The notes under the pieces are model-generated. The model was not told where the DNA came from, did no database searches, and was given only the letters and a program-made list of their open reading frames with translations. 64,000 nt of DNA from Mobula hypostoma. Its lineage: Eukaryota. The position numbers and the translations under genes were made by a program. Where the stretch lies: positions 217,994,001-218,058,000 of the forward strand of contig NC_086097.1 in NCBI RefSeq assembly GCF_963921235.1. Direction: 5' to 3'. Numbering within the stretch: position 1 is the stretch's first letter; every line of letters starts with the position of its first letter. Shown piece after piece: positions 50,147 through 63,624 of this stretch.

Positions 50147-51559
50147 GTTAGATCTGTAAATAAATTTTGGTTATATGCAATAGAAAAAACATCAGGAAGG
50201 TGTTTTGTGTTTTCCTGAGTTAAAAGTTCCGTGATGTAATCCATCTGTAACACTCAAGAATTGTCTATAGTCCTGAAATATTATGACCTTTGCAAAATAA
50301 CAGGTGATGCCCCAATCTTGTCCAAATACCTTCATCTTTAGCCATAATAAATATAATGCAAAGTAGTCATCCATAAATTAAAGCCTGTAGATCTCTTTTT
50401 GGTGATGGTCTTCTCATAAACCCACTTTGATTAACATCTATACCTGCAGTTTCTAGCCTATTCTGATTTCAATTTGATACATTAGACTAATTGATCTTTT
50501 TGTGAAGCCTTTTTTAATATTCCTAGTTACTAGATTACTGGAAATATTGCAGTATAATTGTTACTATTTATTATCTTGCTGAAGAAAAAAAATGCAAGTT
50601 TGAGCTCGTAAACACTTAGGAAGGCAAATTGTCTGCTGGCCTTTGCTGCAAGGCAATTGTATCAGCTGCTCCAACTATATGTGGCCTTGGTGAGACCACA
50701 TCTGAAGCATTATGTGCAGGTGACTTTTCTTTGAGAAAGGTAGACTTACAATAAACAAAGTTATCAAAGGTTCACTAGATTAATTCCTGGTTTGTTGTAG
50801 AGAGGAGAATAAACATATTTGGCTGAGGTACTAAGAGTTTAGAAAAGTGAGACGTGATCACATTGAAATTTACAAAATTCTTCATGAGGCTTGACAGGGT
50901 AGATTGTAAGTTGATGCAACTTCTGGTTTGGGTATCTAGGACTGCCTGTGGGTGCATAGATGATGAGTATCTTTAAGATAAAGATTGATATATTTTTAGA
51001 TTTTAAGGAAATCAAGGGATAAGTAAATGGCATTGGGGAATCAAAGGCCTTTTCCTGCTATTTATTATATTAAGCACGTGTATACCATTCTTTTGAGTAG
51101 TTGAGTAGTTTTCTTGCATCCTTAATAATTCTGTCAAATGTTTTCATATACACAACATCAGAGATTGTTTTTAAAGCCTTCATATGTTTAAGTATAACTG
51201 ACTCATATGGTAATGAACTGTTAAAAATGTAAGTAAGGACTTTGGAGGAATGGCATATTCTAGGCTAATTCAATTTATTTTGTCACAACAAACAGTTATT
51301 TTCTGCATAATAAGGTTTACTGTTAGTCTGGAATTTTGAAGTGTCTGCCTGTATACTTTTGCTGCAAATGCCAAGAAAGTGAAATAAGAAACAGAACAAG
51401 TTGGACAAAGCCAGTACATCAGGCATTATTAGTGAAGAGAGAAACAGGATAACATGATGAAAATTTATTGCTAAGGAATATTACCTGTTCCCCTCTTCAC
51501 AGAGGCTGCCTGATCACTTGAGTAGTTCCAAGGTTTTCTCATAGTCCGAATTATTACAA

Positions 51560-52170
51560 AATAATACAGAACAGAAGCAGGCCCTTCGGCCCAACTGGTC
51601 TATGCCAACCACAGCATTCTCCCTCCCTGCTAGTCCCAATTTCACATATTCAGCCCATAACCTTACAACTTCCTCCCTTCCATGTACCTACCTAAATGCC
51701 TCTTAAATGTTGGAATTGTACCCACTTCAATCGCTTCCTCCGGCAGCTCATTCCAGGTACTCAATTTGTGTAAAGAAATTACTTCTCAGCCCTCTTAAAT
51801 CTCTCCAAACTGATTTTGTATCTGTAGCCTTTAATTCTGGACTTCTCAACTTCTATGATCCTGCTATACTCCAAGAAATAACAAGCCAGCATGGCTAGTC
51901 TCTCTCTGTAACTCAGACCCTCTAGTCTAATTTGTACCCATGTAAAACTCTTCTGCACCCTCTCCAGCTTGACATTGTCTTTTCTATAACAAAGTGATCA
52001 AACCCGTACACAATACTCCCATGTGTGGCCTCAACAATAACTTGTATACCTGCAGTGTAACAACCTTACTCCTAAACTTGATGAACTGAGTGATGAAGGG
52101 CAATGCCTTCTTCACCATTCTGTCTATTTGCACGACCACTTTCAGTGAACTGTGTATGTATTCCCAGGTT
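51560..52170 (-). mobile_element. Decayed CR1 3' fragment
   Basis: aggcccttcggccca 3'-UTR motif and ORF2 C-terminal traces. Confidence 0.6.
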
Positions 52171-52359
52171 CCATTCTTTTCTATTATTATGTATTTGACT
52201 AAATGATGGAATCTTTCAAATGCATTGTTTAGTTATAATTTTGCCATTGATTAAAGATAGTATCTAAGTTTCTAAACATATTACACAAAACATGGAATTA
52301 AATGTGCTGTTAATCTTATACCTTTTATAGTTAATATTTTTGCAAACTTTTCTCAATAG

Positions 52360-52499
52360 GAAGCGAGAAAGAAATCAAGTTGATGTTTTTGACTTGGCCA
52401 GGCAGCGTATACAGGCCCTGGTACACCGACCTTCTTCAAAAGGAATGGAATCTGTTAATTTACAAAACATTAGAGAGTTCAATGACCTGAAGTACAGAG
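52360..52499 (+). CDS. CSPP1: CSPP1 exon L (KRERNQVDVFDLAR...FNDLKYR)
   Basis: aatag acceptor, gtgggc donor; resembles human KKERNPMDIFDMAR. Confidence 0.92.
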
Positions 52500-53399
52500 G
52501 TGGGCTTGGATTTAATAGTCATAATTTGTCTTGGTATACTTAATTGAACACTTGCTCCTAAGATCTAATATTTTTACTGGTGGCATTAGATGTTAGATTA
52601 AGTTTCACTCTTGTGACCCAACACATTCGAGTCTACTGATGTTGAAGGTAGATATATATATATATATCATAAACTGCCTGACTTAAAGTTGCAAATTATT
52701 GTGAATACAGTTGCACCTTGCATAATCTAGTCAAATATTTGCAATATAGGTGTGCGTATGTTCTCAATTTTATCCAGTTAAAATCAAATGAACTGAAAGC
52801 CCTGGTGTGCCACCTAAGCTGAATGGTTGCCCATTTTCAGAGCCTGTATTTTCCTGGCTCAGTGTTTTTTCAGAAAGTCAGATCCCAGCTGATCGTCAGG
52901 ACTCAATGTGCTACCTACCTTTCTGATTAAATTGGCAGTCTGTCTCCCCTGCTTTGCTTTGATAGCTTCAAATAACTAGGGTTTAGTTTAACCAGCTGTA
53001 AAAGAAAATGTCAAAGGCATTCACAAATATTCAGAAAAAATTAACAAAAATTATAGTTTGAAATAAAATACTACCAATCCATAAGTTCTTAGAAATTTTA
53101 CTGGAATAGCTGTTTAACTGTCAGAGCTTCACAGATCAAGTAACCTGTGACAAGCAACTTAATCCCAACTCCAAAGTCTAACACTCTACAACGCACAAAT
53201 TGGGAGTGCAATTGTCAAGAGTCAGTTGTCAATACTTTTTGACAATCTGCCTGGTTGAGTGTAATTTTAGTAACATTCAGGAAGCATTTCAGAATATAGT
53301 GGCCTACTTGATTGGCACTTCATCCACCTGCCTAAGTATTCACATCATTATTGGTGCACTAAGATTGGAGTTTGCATAATCTTCAAAGTGAAGTAAAGT

Positions 53400-54004
53400 A
53401 AAGCATTGGAATTTAGAATATAAAAGCAAGGAGATAATGCTGCGGCTTTATAAGACACTAGCTAGGCCACACTTAGAGTATTGTCAACAGTTTTGGACCC
53501 CCATATCTCCGGAAGGATCTGTTGTCAGTCGACAAAAAGTTCATGAGGATGATTCCAGGAATGAAGGGGTTAACATATGAGGAGTGTTTGGTAGCTTTGG
53601 GCCCCTACTCACTGGAATTTAGAAGAATGCAGGCGATCTCATTGAAACCTACTGAATGTTGTAAGGACTAGATAAAGTATATGTGGAGAGAATGGTGGGT
53701 GTATCCAGAACTAGAGGGCACAGCCTCAAAATTGAGGGGTGACCTTTTAAAATAGGAGGAGGAAATTTTTATAGCCAGAGAGTAGTGATTCTTGGAATGT
53801 TCTGCCACAGACTACGGTGGAGACCAGGACCCTGGGTATATTTAAAGTGCAAGTTGATTGTTACCTGATTGGTTAGGGCACCAAAGGATTTGGAGGGGAG
53901 GCAGGTGTATGGGATTGTGTGGGATCCAGGATCAGCCATGATAAAATGACGGAGCAGACTCAATGGGATGAATGGCTTAATTCTGCTCCTATGTCTTATG
54001 GTCT
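53400..54004 (+). mobile_element. CR1 3' fragment
   Basis: LYKTL.RPHLEYC..FW, TRGHSL; tcttatggtctt tail. Confidence 0.8.
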
Positions 54005-54019
54005 TAATATACTTCACCA

Positions 54020-54825
54020 ACAATGACCTGTGCGTGATTTGAATGTGGCTGTAGGAGGCATGTAGGAGTAAGTTGGGTGGTTATGTCTTCTACATCACAT
54101 CCAATGGTGTTGATTGTGTGGTTGGTAATCTTAAACTACAGGGTGCTATTGATGAGTTGGTAAAATTGGTTTAGAAATGGCAAATGCAGTTTAATCCATA
54201 TAAATGTGAGGTAGATAACATGCTCAAGAAGGCATTTAGGTAGCTGGCCTTCATTAGTCAGGGCATTCAATACACGAGCAGGGAGATTCTACTCCACCAG
54301 TTCCTCCAGAACAGTGATCAGAACTCTGTTGGAGGATTGTATGCACTTCTGGTTATCACACAACACAAAAGATATGATAATGCTCGAGAGGCTGCAGAGG
54401 GAGTTGACCAGAATGTTGACTGGGATGCACCATTTCAATTATGAGGAGAGCTGAGTCTGTTTCTCTGGACTGGTGGAGGTTAACAGAGGACAGAACAGAT
54501 GTATAAAATTGTGAGAGGTATAGAGTAAACGGCAGGAACCATTTCCTCATATCAGAGATTGATAAGGCTGGAGGGCCATTGATTCAGAGTAAGATAAGGA
54601 AATTAGAGGGGATATAAGTGGATTCTTTTTTACCCAGCAAATAGTGTAGCTGGAAGTGCTGCTTGTGAGAGTGATGGAAGCAGTGTTGTAGATTGCATTG
54701 GAGCTCTTGAATCACGTAGGCATAGAGGGATATGGGCAAAGTGCTGAAAGATGGGATTAATATAGATAGCTGACCATTAGTTGGCAGATATAATGGGCCA
54801 AGTGGCCTGTTTTCATGCTGTATAA
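54020..54825 (+). mobile_element. Older CR1 3' fragment
   Basis: WQMQFNP.KCEV trace and gggcc..gtggcctgttt 3' UTR. Confidence 0.6.
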
Positions 54826-55128
54826 CATTTTTCTTGGCTTGGAAATGTCTTGTTGTGCACTGTAATTGTACTTTTACTACAGGAATAGCAATGTTTTGAA
54901 AAAACACTTTCTACCCACTTCCTAAAGGTAATTGAAGATAGGCACTCGATAATGATCTTGCCAGTGATACCACATCTCATCAGTAACTAAAAACTCTCCT
55001 CAACACTCAGAAAAATATTTAACTTGGAGATTGAGTTTCTTAAGGGATAGTGACTTGATTTTTACAATATTTTGTAGCTTTTGGAATTTGTAACTGCATT
55101 GTTCGTTTTGTAACTTCTTACTATTTAG

Positions 55129-55263
55129 ATTCAGCAACACGTGCTCAAGTAAGACAAATGTATCCAGACCCTCCAAGCGATAGTAACACACTGGAGATTC
55201 AACAGGAGGCCTTATTAAGAGAGCAGAAGAAGAAACTGGATGGTATGAAAAGGAAAGAAGCAG
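55129..55263 (+). CDS. CSPP1: CSPP1 exon M (DSATR...MYPDPP...TLEIQQEALLREQ)
   Basis: tttag acceptor, gtcagt donor; conserved TLEIQQ-ALLREQ motif. Confidence 0.93.
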
Positions 55264-55297
55264 GTCAGTGCTAATATTCAACTAATAACTTGTTAAC

Positions 55298-55885
55298 AGA
55301 ATCAGAATCAGGTTTATTATCACTGGTATGTGTCATGAAATTTTTTAACTTACCAGCAGCATAATATAGAAGAAGAAGAATAAATGAATAAACAATTAAA
55401 CAAGTAAATCAATTATAGTATACGTATATTGAATAGATTAAAAATTGTGCAAAAACAGAAATAATATATATTTTAAAAAATGAAGTAGTGTTTGTGGGTT
55501 CAATGTCCATTTAGGAATTGGATGGCGAGGGGGAGGAAGCTGTTCCTGAATCACTGAGTGTGTGCCTTCAGGCTTCTGTATCTTCAACCTGATGGTAACA
55601 GTGAGAAAAGTACAAGCCCTGGGTGCTGGAGGTCCTTAATAATGGATGCTGTCTTTCTGAGACACCGCTCCCTAAAGATGTCCTTGGTACTTTGTAGGGT
55701 AGTACCCAAGATGGAGCCAACTAAATTTACAACCTTCTGCAGCTTCTTTTGGTCCTGTGCAGTAGCCCGCACCCGCCCCCCCCCCGCCCCCCACCAGATA
55801 GTGATGCAGGCTGTCAGAATGCTCTCCACAGTACATCTATAGAAGTTTTTGAGTGTAATTGTTGACATGCCAAATCCCTTCAAAC
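55298..55885 (-). mobile_element. Rex1/Babar 3' fragment
   Basis: NFYRCTVESILT, SIIKDLQHPG; (gattct)n tail. Confidence 0.8.
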
Positions 55886-56304
55886 TTAAACAGTTCCCAT
55901 CTCCATTAACTTTCTGACCTTAAGCTAAATCCAGAATGAACATCCAGGGTAAATTACAAATTTGGATTCTGAAATTTCTTGCTCATAGAGGACAGAAGGT
56001 AGGGGTGTAAGGCTGTTATTCTGGAGGGACTGCTGTGACTAGTTGTGTTCCGCAAAGATTGGTGCTGGTACCTTTGTTGTTTGGACAAAAATGTAGATGG
56101 ATGGATTACCAAATTTGCAGATGATACCAATATTGGTGGAGTTGTAGACAGTGTAGAAGATTTAGATCAGCTACAATACTGTGCAAAAGTCTTAGGCACA
56201 TGTATATAACTAGCAACACACACAAAATGCTGGAGGAACCCAGGCAGCATCTATGGAAAAGAGTACAGTTGACCTTTCAGGCTGAGACCCTTTGGCAGGA
56301 CTGA

Positions 56305-57470
56305 TTTTTAATGGAGAGAATGCGCCAGTTTGTCCACAATAGATAACAGTTTGTTTATGACCTCCTGTCTGCCATGAGCTCAGAACAGTCTGGGTTGTAG
56401 CCAAGAATGGATCCAGCCTTTTTGTTGAGTTTATTTTGTCTTTTTGCATCAGCAGCACTGATGCTGCTCCCCCAACATAAAGCTGCAGAGAAGACTGCAC
56501 TCGCTGCAACAGACTAGTAAAAGATCCCCAGCATCCTGCTGTACATATGGAAGGGATCTCAGCTTCCTTAGAAAATAGAGTCTGCTCATCCCCTTCTTGT
56601 AAACAGCCTTGGTGTTGGTTTTTCAGTCAAGTCTGTTGTCAAGTGAACACCCAAGTATTTGTACTCCTTCACCACCGCAATTTCTTCTCCCAGAGTGTAT
56701 ACAGGACTTATCACAGTTCTCTTCCTCCTAAAAACAATCACCATCTCCCTGGTTTTGGCCACGTTCAGGAGCAGCTGATTCCTCCCACACCACTCCACAA
56801 ACTTGTCCACCAGTCCTCTGTACTCCGACTCTTGCCCATCTCTGGTACACCCTTTGGCAGGACTGATTTTTAATGGAGAGAATGTGCCGGTTTGTCCACA
56901 ATAGATAACAGTTTGTTTATGACCTCTCTGCCATGAACTCAAAACAGTCTGGGTTGTAGCCAAGATAGCCTGATAACCACCGCAGTTATCAGAGAACTTC
57001 TGCAAGTGGCAAGACTCAGATTTGTACTGAAAGTCTGAGATATACAGTGTGAACTGAAACGGAGACAGGACAGTCCCTTGTGGGCTCCAGTGCCACTCAC
57101 CACCATCTCAGACAGAGAACTACCCAGCTGTACAAACTGGAGTCGATCTGTCAGGTAGTCAGTAATCCAGGAGATAGTGGATTTGTTTATGCCTGTCCTT
57201 TGCAGCTTCTCACTCAGAAGTGGTGGCTGGATTGTATTGAAGGCACTAGAGAAATCAAAAAAAGTGATTTTCACAATGCCACCTGCATCATCCAGGTGGG
57301 AGTGAGCTCTCTGCAACAGGCATCATCAGATGATGGCATCATCCACTCCCACATGTAAACTGTAGGGGGTCCAATGAAGATCTCACCTGCAGTCCAAGGT
57401 AAGTTAGGACCAACCTCTCCAGCACCTTCATTACATGAGATGTGAGGGCAATTGGTCTGTAGTCATTAAG
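56305..57470 (-). mobile_element. Rex1/Babar RT fragment, abutting a Penelope-like arm at 56212-56302
   Basis: FFDFSSAFNTIQP, QKFSDN, LNVAKTREM, YKYLGVHL. Confidence 0.85.
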
Positions 57471-57994
57471 ATCAATACATAAATGTTGTTTTGTATTTTT
57501 TGTGATTCCAGGACATTTCCTTTTAACCTTTTAGGTTACGTAATTTCTATTTCTACAACTCCAGTTACAGATGATTAATTTATTTCTGTGTTAGGTAGTG
57601 GTACCTTTATCCCCCATCTTTAACAAATAAGAATCAAGATTATATCCTTCCCATTGGGGAAAAGGAAGTTTGTGAATTGTTACTTCTTGATCATTGGACC
57701 TAATATTAGCACTAGTATTAACATCAGGTGCATTTTCATGTGAAAATTGGACTTCAAAAAAAAACCAAGACATAATATTTAGTAATTCACCAATGTCAGT
57801 TTCTAGTTTGTTTTAAAAAGAGTTGTAATTGAAACTATGGCTGTAATGATTTAGCAAACACTAGAATATCAAAGGATAGACACCAACACTATCACAAATT
57901 CATACAAGTAGTTGAATAGTTGATATGGGTTAATCTCCAAAATGCCATTTTTTTAACCTTTTAAAAATAATTTTACTTTTCCCACTTTTTCTAG

Positions 57995-58026
57995 TTTCCA
58001 ATATGAATTCGCACCATATTGATTTG
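57995..58026 (+). CDS. CSPP1: CSPP1 32-nt micro-exon N (VSNMNSHHIDL)
   Basis: Strong polypyrimidine tract plus ctag, gtaagt donor; supplies the phase 1 to phase 0 change needed between exons M and O. Confidence 0.75.
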
Positions 58027-58570
58027 GTAAGTAACACAATGTAAATAATATCATTCTGTAGTATAATTCTACCCTCTGATAATAAGTATCAAAGCAAAAA
58101 CTATATACAGCCTTCCTTCTTCATAGTTTTACAAAAATAGTTCATTTAAATTGAAATTCGTCAATTAAATGTAATACTTGCTGTCCTATTGGAAATCTGG
58201 ATGAGCTGATTTTTTTTTTGCATTCGGGAAGTGGATTAACAAAGATGTAGTGAATTATGCCCAATGTAACTTAATATTTTAAATCTTTCACTGTGCATTT
58301 CACTGTACATTTATTCCACAAGTGCAATAAAGATTTATAATTTGGCACCATCCAACCATGCATTATTACATTTTACATTAAAAAATACTGCATTCATGTG
58401 TACTTTTCAAATTCAAATTTTCATGTTCTTTCTGTAAAATTATAAATGTATAAAAAAACAAACAATTTTAAACACAAAACAAAAAAAACTATTCATTTCC
58501 ATTCCAAGATAAAATGCTGTAAATTTGATTCAGTATGTTGATGTTAAAAATATGTATTGAGAAGGTAATT

Positions 58571-61122
58571 TAGAAACATAGAAACCCTACAGCACAATAC
58601 AGGCCCTTCGGCCCACAAAGAACATGTCCCTACCTTAGAAATTACTAGACTTCCCCACAGCCGTCTATTTTTCTAAGCTCCATAGTCTCTGAAAAGACCC
58701 TATTGTATCCGCCTCCACCAAAATTGCAGGCAGCCCATTCCATGCACTCGCCACTCTCTGAGTAAAAAAACTTACCCTGACATCACCTCTGTACCTACTC
58801 CCCAGCACCTTAAACCTGTGTCCTCTTGTGGCAACCATTTCAGCCCTGGGAAAAAGCCTCTGACTATCCACATAATCAATGCCTCTCATCATCTTATACA
58901 CCTCTGTCAGGTCACCTCTCATCCTCACCGCTCCAAGGAGAAAAGGCCTAGTTCACTCAACCTGTTTTCATAAGGCATGCTCCCCAATCCAGACAACATC
59001 CTTCTAAATCTCCTCTGCACCCTTTCTATGGCTTCCACATCCTTCCTGTAGTGAGGCGACCAGAAGTGAGCACAGTACTCCAACTGGGGTCTAACCAGGG
59101 TCCTGTATAGCTGCAACATTACCTCTCGGCTCCTAAATTCAATTCCATGATTAATGAAGGCCAATACACTGTACGCCTTCTTAACCAAAGCGTTAACCTG
59201 CGCTGCTGCTTTGAGCATCCTATAGGCTCGGACCCCAAGATCCCTCTGACCCTCCACACTGTCAAGAGTCTTACCATTAATACTATATTCTGTCATCATA
59301 TTTGGCCTACCAAAATGAACCACTTCTCACTTATCTGGGTTGAACTCCATCTGCCACTTCTCAGCCCAGTTTTACATCCTGTCAATGTCCCACTGTAACC
59401 TCTGACAGCCCTCCACATTATCCACAACACCTTCAACCTTTGTGGCATCAGCAAACTTACTAACCCATCCCTCCACTTCCTCATCATATAAAAATCACGA
59501 AGAGTAAGGGCCTCAGAACAGATCCCTGAGGCACACCACTGGTCACAGATCTCCATGCAGAATATGACCTGTCTACAACCACTCTTTGCCTTCTGTGGGC
59601 AAGCCAGTTCTGGATCCACAAAGCAGTGTCTCCTTGGATCCCATGCCTCCTTACTTTCTCAGTAAGCCTTGCATGGGGTACCTTTCATCAAATGCCTTGC
59701 TGAAATCCATAAACACTACATCTACTGCTGTTCCTTCATCAATGTGTTTAGTCACATCCTCAAAAAATTCCATCAGGCTCGTAAGGCACGACCTGTCCTT
59801 GGTCTATAATTTCCTGGGCTATCTCTACTTCCTTTCTTGAATAAAGAACAACATCCGCAACCCTCCAATCCTCCGGAACCCTCCAATCCCCATTGATGAT
59901 TCAAAGATCATCGCCAGAGGCTCAGCAATCTCCTCCTTTGCCTCCCACAGTAGCCTGGGGTACATCTCATCTGGTCCTGGTGACTTACCCAACTTGATGC
60001 TTTCCAAAAGCTACAGCACATCCTCTTTCTTAATATCTACATGCTCAAACTTTTCAGTCTGCTGCAAGTCTGCACTACAATCACCAAGATCCTTTTCCAT
60101 ATGCTGAAGTAAAGTATTTATTAAGTACCCCTGCTAATTCCTCCAGTTCCATACACACTTTCCCACTGTCACACTTGATAGGTCCTATTCTTTCACGTCT
60201 TATCCTCTTGCTCTTCACATACTTGTAGAATGCCTTGGGGTTTTCCTTAATACTGCCGGCCAAGGCCTTCTCATGGCCCCTTTTGGCTCTCCTAATTTCC
60301 TTTTTAAGCTCCATCCTGTTAGCCTTAGAATCCTCTAGATCCCCAACATTACCTAATTCTCTGAACCGTTCGTAAGCTCTTCTTTTCTTCTTGACTAGAT
60401 TTATTACAGCCTTTGTACACCGTGGTTCCTGTACTTATGCAGAACTCCACACAAATATCCCCTGAACATTTGCCACATTTGTTCCGTTCTTTTCCCTGAG
60501 AACATCTGTTCCCAATTTAAGCTTCCAATTTCCTGCCTGATAGCCTCATAATTCTCATTACTCCAATTAAAAGCTTTTCTAACTTGTCTGTTCCTATCTC
60601 TTTCCAATACTATTGTAAAGGAGACAGAATTACTTCCCAATACCAAATCAAGTACAGCCTCTCCTCTTGTAGGCTTATCTACATATTGTGTCAAGAAACC
60701 TTCCTGAACACACCTAACAAACTCCACCCCATCTAAACCCCTTGGTCTAGGGAGATGCCAATCGATATTTGGGAAATTAAAATCTCCTGTCATGACAAAT
60801 TTGTTATTATTACACCTTTCCAGGATCTATTTCCTTATCTGCTCGATATTCCTGTTACTATTGGGCGGCCTATAAAAACACCCAGTAAAGTTATTGACTC
60901 CTTCCTGTTCCTAACCTCCACCCACAGAGACTCCGCAGACAATCCCTCCATGATGTCCACCTTTTCTGCAGCCGTGTAATACTATCTCTGATCAACAGTG
61001 CCTCACCACCACCTCATTTACCTCCCTCCCTGTCCTTTCTGAAGCATCTAAAACCTGGCACTTGGAGTAACCATTCCTGTCCCTGAGCCAACCAAGTCTC
61101 TGTAATGGCCATTACATCATAG
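58571..61122 (-). mobile_element. CR1 LINE, decayed (APE plus RT)
   Basis: GDFNFPNIDW, KSPGPDEMYPRLL, LEYCAHFWSPHY, RMRGDL; (tttctatg)n-like tail. Confidence 0.92.
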
Positions 61123-61240
61123 CTGTTGGAAACAAGTAGTTCTATTGTTTTCGTTCTTTTGGAAAAATTTTATATTACTTGTGATATTAACTTGTATGCA
61201 TGTATATCCCTATTTTAATTTTGTGTGGAAACTACTCTAG

Positions 61241-61307
61241 AAGACCAGAGATTCACAGGAAGATTTGACAAAAAACTCATTGCTGGAATCAGAAAGTGCC
61301 TTTATAG
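61241..61307 (+). CDS. CSPP1: CSPP1 exon O (KTRDSQEDLTKNSLLESESAFI)
   Basis: ctctag acceptor, gtatgt donor; resembles human KNSLLESDSAFI. Confidence 0.92.
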
Positions 61308-61390
61308 GTATGTGCAAAGTTTTCATATTCTGATATACTTATGAAGGTACACTTCGTTTTACCATTGATTTCATTGTGATCTCTTAATAG

Positions 61391-61500
61391 GAAGTCATGG
61401 AGAAACCTTCCATTATCCTGCAGATGCTGAGACAACAAGAAGTAAATTACCTCCTCGTGAAAGACGCCGTCGGAATCAAAGCAGACAGAACTTGGAATCT
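61391..61500 (+). CDS. CSPP1: CSPP1 exon P (GSHGETF...PRERRRRNQ...)
   Basis: aatag acceptor after an 83-nt intron, gtacgt donor; resembles human GAYGETY...ARERRRNK. Confidence 0.88.
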
Positions 61501-61729
61501 GTACGTTACTTATTGCTTTATATAATTTTTCATTTTCTTTAAATTATTTGTGGTATGTGATGTTAAAAAATATAAGATCATCAGATTAAAATGGCCAAAA
61601 AAGATTTAAACTGAATGAAATAAATATTCTTGGAGTATTGGGGTAACTTTTTTGCAAATTGCTTTTAGCTACACATAGGTACATTCACCATTGCTATGCA
61701 AATAGTTATTTAATTAGATTTTTTTTCAG

Positions 61730-63105
61730 GCAGCATTCTGGTAAATCACCTCTGCACCCTCTCTAAAGCTTCTACATCCTTCTAATAATGAAGACTTCCA
61801 ATAATGACTAATGAAGGCCTTTATACTTATTCGTCCATCATTGACGTCGATGAGGACCTCGACACCATAATGGTGTCGAGACTAGCGCGTGATTTGGATT
61901 TAAGTGAGGGAGAGTTGCACAGCGTCAGCCTCACTCTCTCTTCCCAATTCCCATCTGGATCCTGTGGCAAGACAGTCTAGACGGCTGGAGATGGGACTAG
62001 GCGCAGTGGATGACCAGGACGTCTTCTGTGTCTTGTCCTGCTCTACACGTTCCACGACGCTTGCAGAGACCGCCTTTTTGACGGTTGGACCTTCCATTGG
62101 TCTCGTCCGCTCAATCATCCGGAGTCTGTCTTCACAGGCTGGGATAGACAACTCCCTGTCTCACCGAGGGTTTGAGACCCGTCGGCTACCCTCACCTGAT
62201 TTAGCCGGCTTGTCGAAGCCGTTGCCCGGGATGTGGCCGCTGTCGCATGCAAACAGCTATGGGGAGCCACAGGTGAGAGCTGAGTGCCAGGTAGGGACCA
62301 AAGGTGGACTAACCGCCCTGAAAAGGACACGTCATGTTCCCCCACCAGAGGTGCTACCCCTGCCTGACACTCCATACATCCCATTATAACCTTTATAATG
62401 GGGGAGGCCTTTTATAACCTCCCTATTAACCTCCCTAGCAGGTCTTTATAACCTCCCTATTGACTTGCGGGGCAACTTTGAGGGATCTATGAACATGGCC
62501 CCAAGATCCTACTGTTTGTCCAATCTGCCTTCAAGTTCAACCTTCCAAATTGTATCTGTTCACACTTTGCTGGATTGAATTCTATCTGTCACTTCTTAGC
62601 CCGGTTCTGCATCCTATCAATGTCCCACTGCAGCCTATGACAACTTCCTACACAATCCACAACACTACCAAACTTTATGCCATCTGTTAACTACCCTTCC
62701 TAACTTCCCACCCCTCTGTTTTCTCATCTGTGTCATTTATACAGATCAATAGCAGGGGTCCCAGAAAAGATCCTTGCAGAACACCACTGATCACTGATCT
62801 CCAAGCAAAATACTATCACCCTTTGCTTTATGTGGACAGCCAATTTTAAATTTATGCAGCCAGCTTTCCCTGTATACCATGCCTCCTAACTTTCTGAATG
62901 AGCCTACCATAGGGAACCCTGTTGAATGCCTTGCTAAGACACCACATCCACTGCTCTACCTACATCAATATGCTTTGTCACATCCTCAAAGAACTCAATC
63001 AGGCTTGAGAGGCACGGACTGTCTTTTCACAAATCCATGCTGACTATCCATAATCAGACGATGCTTCTTTAAATACTTGTAAATCCTGTCTTTAAGAATC
63101 CTTTC
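61730..63105 (-). mobile_element. Older CR1 RT fragment interrupted by an RTE-like insert
   Basis: Parallels the 59000-59800 sequence (gtcacatcctcaaa, ctgcaccctctctaaagc). Confidence 0.7.
61826..62383 (-). mobile_element. Young non-autonomous RTE-related retroposon
   Basis: CpG-rich; contains tggatttaagtgagggagagttgc..cagcctcactctctc, which I recall from RTE-clade elements; target aggcctttata repeated on both sides. Confidence 0.6.
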
Positions 63106-63432
63106 CAAGGACCTTGACAAGATGGAAGGGAAGGGGAATTTTTCTTAAGTAGGATATTCTATGAAGTTGAACTAAGGATTAGCATTTATAAATAATGGTT
63201 TGTCTATTTATGAGATTTGGGAATATTTGGAAGTATTTTTATTGGAAAGATCTGAGCATTTTAAGACATAAATACTTACAAAACAGGAAAGTGAAAGGAA
63301 TGCAGAGTTGAAATTGCTATCAGATCACCCATGATTTTACTAAATGGCAGAGTCGTGTGAGGAGCTGAGGATTCATATTTTGTATGTTGCAAACAATAAT
63401 TGCTGGTGGTGAACTGACCAAAAATATTGACT

Positions 63433-63624
63433 CAAACAACAGGAATTCTGCAGATGCTGGAAATTCAAGCAACAGACATAAAAGTTGCTGGTGAACGCAG
63501 CAGGCCAGGCAGCATCTCTAGGAAGAGGTGCAGTCGCCGTTTCAGGCCGAGACCCTTCGTCAGGACTAACTGCCTGAAACGTTGACTGCACCTCTTCCTA
63601 GAGATGCTGCCTGGTCTGCTGTGT
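63433..63624. mobile_element. Palindromic Penelope-like insert nested in an older copy of the same type
   Basis: Perfect 13-bp TSD aaaaatattgact (63420-63432, 63625-63637); minus-strand agtc-ctgacga-agggtctcggcct-gaaac core near 63532-63567. Confidence 0.85.

Larger units (their letters stand above)
891..61500 (+). other. CSPP1: CSPP1 gene span (partial; 16 coding exons visible)
   Basis: Spliced translation contains [69 protein letters not shown] and NSLLESESAFIG, matching human CSPP1 motifs in the same order. All junctions are GT-AG and phase-compatible. Confidence 0.95.

Noticed and set aside
61904..62389. 161-aa protein-coding gene
   Set aside because: Falls inside a GC-rich retroposon flanked by target repeats; no domain or splice support.
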